Shown here: in pieces, positions 30,963 to 39,718 of the stretch
How positions within the stretch are numbered: the stretch's first letter is position 1
Layout: every line of letters starts with the position of its first letter
Assembly (NCBI GenBank): GCA_964625385.1
Contig: CAZVBT010000007.1
Coordinates: forward strand, 1-52,919
DNA: 52,919 nucleotides
Direction of reading: 5' to 3'
DNA from: an uncultured Melioribacter sp.
GTDB lineage: Bacteria > Bacteroidota > Ignavibacteria > Ignavibacteriales > Melioribacteraceae
Position numbers and translations under genes: made by a program
Notes under the pieces: generated by a model
The model's input: the letters and a program-made list of their open reading frames with translations, nothing else
Databases searched by the model: none
What the model was told of the DNA's origin: nothing

Positions 30963-31616
30963 ATGGCTAAAAAAGCTGTAAAAAAAACTGACACAAAAAA
31001 ATCTGCTGCTAAAGCAAAAGCACCAAAAGCAGCAAGCAAACAAAAACCAGTTATTAAGAAAACAGCAAAAGAAAATAAATCTTTAAAGAAACAAGTATCT
31101 AAAAAAGAAACTTCTAAGAAATCAGAAGTAAAGAAAAAGGAAACTAAATCTAAAGCTTCAAAACAAAAACATGTTGAAGTTATTTCACCAACAAAAAAAG
31201 TAAAAAAGATTGTTGGTTATTCTTCAAAAGATTTGAATGAATTTAAAAAAATTATACTTGCTAAAAGAGATGAAATTATAGAACAACTTCAAGCACTAAA
31301 AGACCAAATGATGGATCCTTCAACCGGACAATATGTAAATGAAAATTCACCATATTCACTTCACATGGCAGAGCAGGGAACAGATGCAATGGAACGCGAA
31401 AAATTATATTTGTGGGCTCAACGTGAAAATAAATTTTTAGGTTACCTCGATGATGCATTACAAAGAATAGAAAATGGTACTTATGGAATTTGTATTGAAT
31501 GTATTGATGAACCACAAAATTTATGTCCAACATGTCCATTAATTCCAAAAGAAAGATTACTTGCTGTTCCGCATACTCAACATTGTTTACAAGTAAAACA
31601 AAAAATGAAAAAATAA
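30963..31616 (+). CDS. TraR/DksA family regulator with Lys-rich N-terminal tail
   Basis: HMAEQGTDAMEREK, ALQRIENGTYGIC..C, ERLLAVPHT..C; GGAGG SD before ATG 30963. Confidence 0.88.
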   Translation: MAKKAVKKTDTKKSAAKAKAPKAASKQKPVIKKTAKENKSLKKQVSKKETSKKSEVKKKETKSKASKQKHVEVISPTKKVKKIVGYSSKDLNEFKKIILAKRDEIIEQLQALKDQMMDPSTGQYVNENSPYSLHMAEQGTDAMEREKLYLWAQRENKFLGYLDDALQRIENGTYGICIECIDEPQNLCPTCPLIPKERLLAVPHTQHCLQVKQKMKK

Positions 31617-31631
31617 ACGGGGCGATTCTAA

Positions 31632-32294
31632 TTGGCGGTTTTATATATAACTTTATTCATTGTTCTTTTAGATCAGGCAACAAAATTTTTTATCAAAGGT
31701 GGAAACATTCCTTTTCTTAATATTCACTCGCAAGGGATGGATTACGGAAGCAGTATTAATGTAATTGGTGATTTTTTCAAAATTACTTTTGTTGAAAATC
31801 CCGGACTTGCCTTTGGAATAGATGTTAATGAAACATCAAAACTTTTACTTTCAATCTTTACTTTAATTGCAACCGTAGGAATTTTTTACTATCTATATAA
31901 ATCAAGAAACGAAAAACTAATAGTAAGAATTGCACTTGCTTTAATTCTTGGCGGGGCAATTGGAAATTTAATTGATAGAACTTTCTATGGTGTTTTTTAT
32001 GGTTATGCACCACTTTTCTACGGTAAAGTTGTTGATTTTCTAAATTTTGATTTTTTTGATTTTACATTTTTTGGTAGAACATACGAAAGATTTCCGGTTT
32101 TTAATATCGCAGATTCATCAGTTACAATTGGTGTTATTTTACTTTTGTTGTTTCATCATTCAAAAGAACAAAAACAAGAAGAAGCACAAAATAATGTTTT
32201 GGAATCAACAGAAAATAAAAATGAAATTGATAATGAAAATGTAAGTATTGATAAAGAAAGTAATGTCAAAGATAATAACAGAAAAGAAAATTAA
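31632..32294 (+). CDS. lspA: Lipoprotein signal peptidase II
   Basis: DQATK, NPGLAFG, GGAIGNLIDR, VVDF, FNIAD; TTG start. Confidence 0.95.
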   Translation: MAVLYITLFIVLLDQATKFFIKGGNIPFLNIHSQGMDYGSSINVIGDFFKITFVENPGLAFGIDVNETSKLLLSIFTLIATVGIFYYLYKSRNEKLIVRIALALILGGAIGNLIDRTFYGVFYGYAPLFYGKVVDFLNFDFFDFTFFGRTYERFPVFNIADSSVTIGVILLLLFHHSKEQKQEEAQNNVLESTENKNEIDNENVSIDKESNVKDNNRKEN

Positions 32295-33243
32295 AATTGA
32301 AGTTCCTGATGGAAAGAAAAAAGAAAGAATTGATTTATTTTTAACTAACTCTATTGAAAACGCCACACGAACAAGAATTCAAAAATTAATTAAAGCTAAT
32401 TGTGTAACAGTTAATGGAAATTTTGTAAAGCCAAACTATCAAATTTCACCTAATGATATTGTTGAATTAACCATTCCAACTAATCCACGCCCCGAAGAAA
32501 CAATCGCTGAAGATATTCCACTTGATATAATCTATGAAGATGAATTTTTATTAATTGTTAACAAACCACCAGGAATGGTCGCTCATCCTTCGTTAGGTAA
32601 TTACAGCGGAACACTTGTAAATGCACTTCTCCATTATACTAATAAGTTAAGCGAATTTAATGAAGATAAATTTCGTCCAGGAATAGTTCATCGTATTGAT
32701 AAAGACACAAGTGGCTTGCTTTTAATTGCAAAGGATGAATGGACACACTCGCAACTTGCTAAGCAATTTTATAATCATTCAATTGATAGAGAATATTGGG
32801 CTATTTGTTGGGGTAAATTCAAAAATCCCAAAGGAGAAGTTATAGGAAATATTGCTCGCTCGAATAAAGATAGGAAAATATTTACGGTAAGTGAAACCGA
32901 AGGGAAACATGCACATACTTTTTACGAAGTTATTGAAGAATTTGAATTTACAAGTTTAATAAAATTAAAATTAAAAACTGGACGCACTCACCAGATTAGA
33001 GTACACATGTCGCACATTAAGCATCCAATTTTTGGTGATCCAACTTATGGTGGAAGAAAAATTTGTTATGGGTTTGAACTTCCGAAAATAAAACAAAGGG
33101 TTGATAATCTTTTAGAAATTATGCCTCGTCAAGCTTTACATGCTAAAACTTTGGGCTTCTATCATCCTCAAAAAAAAGAAAAAATATTTTTTGAATCTGA
33201 ACTGCCTGATGATTTTAAACTATTATTGAAAAAGCTTCATTAG
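32263..33243 (+). CDS. rluD: RluA/RluD family 23S rRNA pseudouridine synthase
   Basis: N-terminal S4 domain, NKPPG, HRIDKDTSG, TGRTHQIRVH, GDPTY, QALHA. Confidence 0.92.
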   Translation: MSKIITEKKIKIEVPDGKKKERIDLFLTNSIENATRTRIQKLIKANCVTVNGNFVKPNYQISPNDIVELTIPTNPRPEETIAEDIPLDIIYEDEFLLIVNKPPGMVAHPSLGNYSGTLVNALLHYTNKLSEFNEDKFRPGIVHRIDKDTSGLLLIAKDEWTHSQLAKQFYNHSIDREYWAICWGKFKNPKGEVIGNIARSNKDRKIFTVSETEGKHAHTFYEVIEEFEFTSLIKLKLKTGRTHQIRVHMSHIKHPIFGDPTYGGRKICYGFELPKIKQRVDNLLEIMPRQALHAKTLGFYHPQKKEKIFFESELPDDFKLLLKKLH

Positions 33244-33244
33244 A

Positions 33245-34471
33245 TTAAAAACTGCTAATGTTATCCCATTCTTTTATTGCTTCTGGAAAAGGTTGCAAAG
33301 CACGTGGAATTGCACCATGCATATACGAAATTGCAACACCATAATTTACAATTGGAACATTAGAAAATTTTGCTTGCTTTATTCTTTGCTGTACCATCTT
33401 TCTTGTAAGTATACAACCACCGCAATGAATTATTAGTCTGTAGTCTTTCAAATTTTCAGGATAATCATAACCTTGAGCATGTTCAATTTGTAAATCTTTT
33501 TTTGTATGCAATCTTAACCATCTTGGAATTTTTATTTTCCCAATATCATCTTCTTGTTCATGATGAGTGCATGCTTCAGCAACCAAAACTTTATCGCCAT
33601 TTTCTAATTCATCTATTCTTTTCAATCCTTTTACATATTCAACCAAATCACCTTTATATCTTGCCATAAGAATAGAAAAAGTTGTTAAAGAAATATCATC
33701 GGGAACATCAGCATTAACTCTCATTATAGCTTGACTATCCGTTACAACAAGTTTGGGTTTGTCTTTTAATTTAGCAAGTGCTGATCTTAATTCTTTATCT
33801 TTTGCAATAACAACAATTGAATCAACATCAAGCGATTCTCTTATAGTTTGAACCTGAGGTAAAATTAATCTTCCTTTAGGTGCTCCTAAATCAATTGGAA
33901 CTACAAGAACAATTACATCGTGCTGTTTAACTAAATCTGAGACTAACGGAATTTCTTCTTCAATTGGCAAAATTTTGCTAATCTTTTCTTTTAATTCATA
34001 AATACCTTCATTTGTTAAGCAAGAAACACTATGAAAAGGAATTTTTAGTGTGTTTAATTGTTCAACTAAATTATAATTAATACCTAATTCAGATTTATTG
34101 ATAACTGCTATGAAAGGTATTTCTAAATTTTTAAGTTCATCAAAAAGATTTTTTTCTTTTTCAGATAATTCAAATTGAGAATCAAGTACAACAATGGAGA
34201 AATCTGATTCTGTCAAAACTTTTATAGTCTTGCTAATTCTTTTTTCACCAAGTTCGCCAACGTCATCAATACCAGCTGTGTCAATTAAAACAACCGGACC
34301 AAATGGCAAAAGTTCCATTGATTTTTTGACCGGATCTGTTGTAGTTCCGGGAATGTCGCTTACAATAACTAAGTCTTGTCCAACAAATTTATTCATTAAC
34401 GAAGACTTACCAGCATTTCTTCTGCCAATAAAAGATATATGCAATCTGTCTGATATTAAAACTTTACTCAA
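33245..34471 (-). CDS. hydF: [FeFe]-hydrogenase H-cluster maturation GTPase HydF
   Basis: GRRNAGKSS, GTTTD, DTAG, NKSE, APKGRLILPQ, TDSQ, FeS motif EACTHH...IHCGGC. Confidence 0.95.
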   Translation of the reverse strand: MSKVLISDRLHISFIGRRNAGKSSLMNKFVGQDLVIVSDIPGTTTDPVKKSMELLPFGPVVLIDTAGIDDVGELGEKRISKTIKVLTESDFSIVVLDSQFELSEKEKNLFDELKNLEIPFIAVINKSELGINYNLVEQLNTLKIPFHSVSCLTNEGIYELKEKISKILPIEEEIPLVSDLVKQHDVIVLVVPIDLGAPKGRLILPQVQTIRESLDVDSIVVIAKDKELRSALAKLKDKPKLVVTDSQAIMRVNADVPDDISLTTFSILMARYKGDLVEYVKGLKRIDELENGDKVLVAEACTHHEQEDDIGKIKIPRWLRLHTKKDLQIEHAQGYDYPENLKDYRLIIHCGGCILTRKMVQQRIKQAKFSNVPIVNYGVAISYMHGAIPRALQPFPEAIKEWDNISSF

Positions 34472-35873
34472 TTTTTAATCCTAATTCTCTAATTAATAAA
34501 TTATAAACTTCGGTTTCATTCATTAGCTTACTTTTTGAAAGAGCAGTGATAAAATTTATTTTTTCTCTCTCAGCATTTTTAACTATTTGTTGAATAGTTT
34601 CATAACCAAAAATAGGAATAAGAAAAGCTGCTATTGCAGTAGAGTTAATTAAATTATTTTTACATTTTTCAACATTAGCTGTAATTCCGTTAATACATTT
34701 ATTAGCCAGATTAATGTTACAGTCTCTTAAAAGTGAAAATGATTTTAAAGTAGTATGAGCAATCAATGGTAAAAAAGCATTTAACTCTAAATTTCCATTT
34801 GAAACTAAATTTGAAATTAAAACATCATTGCTTTTTACCAGTTCACAAATTTGAATAGAGTTTTCAAGAATAACAGGATTTACTTTACCAGGCATAATGC
34901 TTGAACCTGCTTGCATTGCTGGTAAATTTATTTCGCCAATTCCTCCTTGAGGACCACTAGACATGAAACGTAAATCGTTACAAATCTTAATTACAGAAGT
35001 AGCACCAGCTTTTACAATTCCATGCACTTCAACAAAAACATCAAGATTTTGAGTAGCATCTATTAGATCTTCGCTTTTTGCTATAGGAAGTTTTGTAATT
35101 TTTCTCAAAATATTATTAACATTCAACACATATTCTTTAGTAGCGGCAACAGAATTTCCAACAGCCGTTCCGCCAAGATTTACACTTCGCAATCTTTCTT
35201 CAGCGTTATAAAGTCGCCATCTATCTCTTGCAATTGCTTGGGCATAAGCTCCAAATTCTTGTCCTAATGTAATTGGTACAGCATCTTGTAGTTGTGTTCT
35301 TCCAAGTTTTAAAACATTCTTAAACTCATTTTCTTTTTTTTGTAATTCATTTTGCAATTGAGCAAATGAATCTTGTAATTCACGCAAAAGATTTATTGAA
35401 GCAATTTTGAATGCAGTTGGAAAAGTATCATTTGTGGACTGACTTAAATTAACATCATCTATAGGATGAACTGAATCATAATCGCCAAAATCTTTACCTA
35501 AAATTTTTAATGCAGTATTTGCAATCACTTCATTAATGTTCATATTCAAAGAAGTCCCGGCTCCACCTTGAAGAGGATCAACAATAATTTTTTCATATAT
35601 GCTATTTAAATTACCTTTAATGCAAGAGTCAGTTTCAGCAATTAACTCATTAATTGCTTCAGAAATTGCATCATATTTTTCTTTAAAAAGTAATCCACAT
35701 TTATAATTTGTTTCAGCAGCAGCAAGTTTAACCTGTAAAAATGCTTTAATTAAATAAAGATGAATTTTCTCTCCGCTTGATGGGAAATTATTTACACTTC
35801 TTAAAGTATGAATTCCATAAAATGCATCATCTGCAATTTCTAATATACCTAATGAATCACTTTCAATCCGCAT
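34464..35873 (-). CDS. aspA: Aspartate ammonia-lyase (class II fumarase/aspartase family)
   Basis: MRIESDSLG, YGIHTLRS..NF, QGGAGTS.NMN.NEV, SQSTNDTFP, GRTQLQDA, GSSIMPGKVNP. ATG 35873 preferred; the ORF-track extension crosses a terminator. Confidence 0.87.
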   Translation of the reverse strand: MRIESDSLGILEIADDAFYGIHTLRSVNNFPSSGEKIHLYLIKAFLQVKLAAAETNYKCGLLFKEKYDAISEAINELIAETDSCIKGNLNSIYEKIIVDPLQGGAGTSLNMNINEVIANTALKILGKDFGDYDSVHPIDDVNLSQSTNDTFPTAFKIASINLLRELQDSFAQLQNELQKKENEFKNVLKLGRTQLQDAVPITLGQEFGAYAQAIARDRWRLYNAEERLRSVNLGGTAVGNSVAATKEYVLNVNNILRKITKLPIAKSEDLIDATQNLDVFVEVHGIVKAGATSVIKICNDLRFMSSGPQGGIGEINLPAMQAGSSIMPGKVNPVILENSIQICELVKSNDVLISNLVSNGNLELNAFLPLIAHTTLKSFSLLRDCNINLANKCINGITANVEKCKNNLINSTAIAAFLIPIFGYETIQQIVKNAEREKINFITALSKSKLMNETEVYNLLIRELGLKIE

Positions 35874-35920
35874 AAAATTCTGAAAAATGTTATTCAAATA
35901 TAATTTTGAAAATTGGATAT

Positions 35921-35946
35921 AAAAAAACCCGCCATGAAGGCGGGTT
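35921..35946 (-). terminator. Intrinsic terminator downstream of the multiheme cytochrome gene
   Basis: Minus strand AACCCGCC-TTCAT-GGCGGG-TTTTTTT. Confidence 0.85.
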
Positions 35947-35968
35947 CTCAAAAGAAAATTAATAAATA

Positions 35969-38083
35969 TTATTTCATTAATATCATTTTATTAACTTTTA
36001 CAAAATTGTCAGTTTCTATTCTGTATAAATAAATACCAGAAGCTAAATTTTTTGCATTGAATTCAAATGTATATTGACCTGCATTCAAATAATTATTGAC
36101 TAAAGTAGTGACTTCTTTACCAGTTACATCATAAACAACTAATTTAACATTTGTGCTCTTTGGAATTGCAAATTTAATATTAGTTGTTGGGTTAAAAGGA
36201 TTTGGATAATTTTGATAAAGTTCATAAGAAACTGGTAATGAAACATTATCCTGCTTAATATCTGTAGTTAGCTTCAATAATTTCATAGCACCTACTAAAC
36301 CAGTAACAACATATTTTGGATTATGAATACCACCACTTTTATCATTGTGAGCAGTAATTGCGTTCCAATATGCACTTAATTGATCTTTAGTCCATGTTGA
36401 TTTTGGAACAGGGAATGGCAAGAATTTTCCATTAGCATCATATTGACCATATTCTGCACTAAAAGTAGAGCCAGGAATTTTTCCAAGTTCATCCATTATT
36501 TTTCTAATCATACCCCACACTTCAACCTGCAAGCCTTCAACCACTCCATCATTATCCCAATCTCCATAACCATTTAAAAATAATTTAGCATCTGCAAAAG
36601 ATTGAAAAGTTCCACCGTGACATTGAGTACATACAGTCATATTATCTTTTCCATCAGGTGTTTTAACACTAAAAGAATGTCCGCCAACTTTAATTACATT
36701 ACCTTGTGCATCAACTGAATTAGCTGAACCAATCATGTGACAAGAAACGCATGCATCTTTTGTGTAACCTTTATGATTAGTAGAATATAATTTTTGACCA
36801 CCTAATTCTAACATATTATTTGCAAAGAAAATATCAGCTTGAGGTGCATAATGTGGACCAAATCTGCTGCTAATTGTTGCACTTAAAGCAGCATTTGCTT
36901 CTGCACGTGATTGATGGCAATTTAAACAAACAGCACCAGTACCAGCTTCATTATATGTAATCTTTCTGGTTTTGGCACCTGGAATTAATAAATCTGCTTC
37001 TGTTCTTCTTAATTGTTTAGCATTTGTGGCTCCATGTGGATCATGACAACCAGAGCAGGTAATCGGTGAATATGAAACATCATAATATGGATCTGTACTT
37101 GGAATTCCTTTTGTAAATTGTGCAAAACCAGCACCTGTATGACATTTTACACATGCTTCTCTTCCTGGTCCGGTTGGATAACTTGTAGCTCCAGAATGTT
37201 TAGAAGCATCCCATTGTTCAGGGAATATATGATGGGAACCTGAATCATGGCAATATGCACAAGGAGCTGCATCATAAGTTGCAATCATTCTTGAATCTGT
37301 TGTAGCACCCAAATGTCCGCTTGCAGGGCCATGACAGCTTTCACATTGAATGTTAGCTCTCTTCATTGCATCAGGAAACTGCTGAACTAATTTATCATAG
37401 GTTCCTGCTGCTAAAACAGTTGGATATGTAAATAATAAATCGTCAAATCCATCATTAACCGCAGTTGGATTTTTATCGAAACCTGTTGTATGACATCCAA
37501 TACAATTTACACTATAATGATCATTTGGTCCACTAAGTCCTGGTGTTCCATTCATAGCACGGGTAAACATAGAAGCATGATTAGTTTTTTCAAATTCAGT
37601 AACCTTTGTTGAATGGCATGTTTTACAAGATACTTTTGTATCAACACCATTTACAATTGTATTAGTGTAACCCAAATACTTTGCAGCATTAATAGTAATA
37701 TTTGAAGTATAAGCTCCATCAGTAATTGTAATTTCATAAGCTCCAGGTTTATCTGGGGTAAATGTTACTACTTGAGTGGAATCATTCATAATATCTTTAG
37801 TGTTTCCAACTGTTGCTGTTGATCCTGATGGTTTTCTTGTAACTGTATAGGTAACAGCTGCACCAAATTTTTTACCTGTAATTGCTGCCTTAAAGTACAT
37901 TAAAGAACCAACTCCAACGTTTTTTAATCCTGTTGATGGATAAGTGTAAATGTCTGTTGTAGATTTTGCAACATCTCTCGGCGAAACACCGTAAACATTA
38001 ATTGTCAGTTTAACGGGCGTTTGAGCAAATATTGAAACTGTAAATAATAGAGAAATAATTAAAGTTGTAAGTTTACGGAACAT
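35969..38083 (-). CDS. Secreted nonaheme c-type cytochrome with C-terminal T9SS type A sorting domain
   Basis: GGAGG SD before ATG 38083; Sec signal (…SIFA/Q); nine CXXCH (CKTCH, CIGCH, CESCH, CAYCH, CVKCH, CSGCH, CLNCH, CVSCH, CTQCH); C-terminal YQNYPNPFNP...YDVTGKEV...LASGIYLYRI...KMILMK. Confidence 0.9.
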   Translation of the reverse strand: MFRKLTTLIISLLFTVSIFAQTPVKLTINVYGVSPRDVAKSTTDIYTYPSTGLKNVGVGSLMYFKAAITGKKFGAAVTYTVTRKPSGSTATVGNTKDIMNDSTQVVTFTPDKPGAYEITITDGAYTSNITINAAKYLGYTNTIVNGVDTKVSCKTCHSTKVTEFEKTNHASMFTRAMNGTPGLSGPNDHYSVNCIGCHTTGFDKNPTAVNDGFDDLLFTYPTVLAAGTYDKLVQQFPDAMKRANIQCESCHGPASGHLGATTDSRMIATYDAAPCAYCHDSGSHHIFPEQWDASKHSGATSYPTGPGREACVKCHTGAGFAQFTKGIPSTDPYYDVSYSPITCSGCHDPHGATNAKQLRRTEADLLIPGAKTRKITYNEAGTGAVCLNCHQSRAEANAALSATISSRFGPHYAPQADIFFANNMLELGGQKLYSTNHKGYTKDACVSCHMIGSANSVDAQGNVIKVGGHSFSVKTPDGKDNMTVCTQCHGGTFQSFADAKLFLNGYGDWDNDGVVEGLQVEVWGMIRKIMDELGKIPGSTFSAEYGQYDANGKFLPFPVPKSTWTKDQLSAYWNAITAHNDKSGGIHNPKYVVTGLVGAMKLLKLTTDIKQDNVSLPVSYELYQNYPNPFNPTTNIKFAIPKSTNVKLVVYDVTGKEVTTLVNNYLNAGQYTFEFNAKNLASGIYLYRIETDNFVKVNKMILMK

Positions 38084-38165
38084 ACTTTCCTCCCTGATCT
38101 TATATTTATACTTATAATTTGTAAAAAAAAAGAAAATGGACATTAATATTCTTTTTTCTACTTTA

Positions 38166-38193
38166 AAAATAAATAGTTTTATATAGATGTCAA
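38166..38193 (-). promoter_or_regulatory. Putative promoter of the multiheme cytochrome gene
   Basis: Minus strand TTGACA (38193-38188), 16-nt spacer, TATTTT. Confidence 0.4.
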
Positions 38194-38311
38194 AGTCTTT
38201 TTAAAGAATTTATTTTTTAGAAATGTGCTTAAGTATTAAAAAAAAGGTAATTTATTTAGTATTATAGCTTCAGGTTAATTATTTTTTGAATATTAATTTT
38301 TAGGTTTATAA

Positions 38312-39718
38312 ATGCAAATATTTAATACTCTAAGTAAAAGAAAAGAAGAATTTTATCCATTAAATCCACCTAATGTTACAATGTATATGTGTGGTCCGAC
38401 TGTTTATGATTATTTTCATATTGGTAATGCACGTTCATTTATAATGTCAGATGTAATAAGAAGGTATCTTGAGTATAAAAATTTTAATGTTAAGTTCATT
38501 ATGAATTTGACAGATGTTGAAGATAAAATAATTAAAAAGGCAAATGAACAAAATTCAACACCTCAACTTGTTTCTGAGTTTTATACTAAAGCTTTTTTTG
38601 AAGACATAAATAAATTAAGAATAAAAAAGGCTAATGAATATCCCAAAGCAACTGCACATATTGAAGATATGATAGAACTTATTAGAGAATTAGAACAAAA
38701 AGGTATTGCTTATAATATTGAAGGAGATGTTTATTATGATATTACAAAATTTAGTGAATATGGTAAACTTAGCGGTAAAAAATTAGATGAATTAGAAGCG
38801 GGGTCAAGAGTAGAAATTTCTGAACAAAAAAAGAATCCACTTGATTTTGCTCTCTGGAAAAAAGCTAAAGAAGGTGAACCAAGTTGGGATAGTCCATGGG
38901 GAAAAGGAAGACCAGGATGGCATATTGAATGTTCTGCAATGAGTACAAAACATCTTGGTGATACAATAGATATTCATGCTGGAGGGAATGATTTAATTTT
39001 TCCACATCACGAAAATGAAATTGCTCAAAGTGAAGGGGCTAAAGGAAAACAATTTGTTAGGTATTGGATTCATTTTGGATTTCTTAACATTCATAATGAA
39101 AAAATGTCTAAATCACTTGGCAATTTTTTTACTGCCCGTGATATTTTAAAGCTTTATTCTGTTGATGCAATTAGATTTTTCTTTTGTCAAACACATTATC
39201 GCGGTCCATTAAATTTTAGTGAAGAGTTGCTCGAAGCTTCAGAAAAAGGTGTTGAAAAGTTGAAAAATTTTATTCAAAGAATTGATGATGAAATTGATAA
39301 TATTAATTCCAAGAATATGGATAATTCATTTGAATTAAATAAATACATTTCTGAATTTGAAAAATCAATGGATGATGATTTTAACACACAAAAGGCTTTA
39401 GCTGTAATTTTTGAATTAGTTAAAGATGTAAATAAATTATTAGATAATAATCAACTGAATAATAGTACTATTGTTGATATAAAAAGATTTTTAATTAAAT
39501 CACTTGATGAAGTTTTTGGTATAATAAGTTTTGAAGAAATGAAAGCAAATGTAAAATCTATTGAAGATGATTTGATAAAATTAATTTTAGGTATAAGAGA
39601 AGATTTAAAGAAAGAAAAAAATTATAATATGGCTGATAAAATCAGAAATTCACTTAATGAGTTGGGTATTATTGTCCAGGATAGTAAAACAGGTTCATCT
39701 TACAAGAAAAAATTATAA
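38312..39718 (+). CDS. cysS: Cysteine--tRNA ligase
   Basis: CGPTVY, HIGNAR, DFALWK, GRPGWHIECS, FPHHENE, KMSKS. Confidence 0.97.
   Translation: MQIFNTLSKRKEEFYPLNPPNVTMYMCGPTVYDYFHIGNARSFIMSDVIRRYLEYKNFNVKFIMNLTDVEDKIIKKANEQNSTPQLVSEFYTKAFFEDINKLRIKKANEYPKATAHIEDMIELIRELEQKGIAYNIEGDVYYDITKFSEYGKLSGKKLDELEAGSRVEISEQKKNPLDFALWKKAKEGEPSWDSPWGKGRPGWHIECSAMSTKHLGDTIDIHAGGNDLIFPHHENEIAQSEGAKGKQFVRYWIHFGFLNIHNEKMSKSLGNFFTARDILKLYSVDAIRFFFCQTHYRGPLNFSEELLEASEKGVEKLKNFIQRIDDEIDNINSKNMDNSFELNKYISEFEKSMDDDFNTQKALAVIFELVKDVNKLLDNNQLNNSTIVDIKRFLIKSLDEVFGIISFEEMKANVKSIEDDLIKLILGIREDLKKEKNYNMADKIRNSLNELGIIVQDSKTGSSYKKKL

Noticed and set aside
35874-35951. N-terminal extension of aspA in the ORF track
   Set aside because: Spans the upstream terminator; family-like sequence begins at MRIESD (35873).
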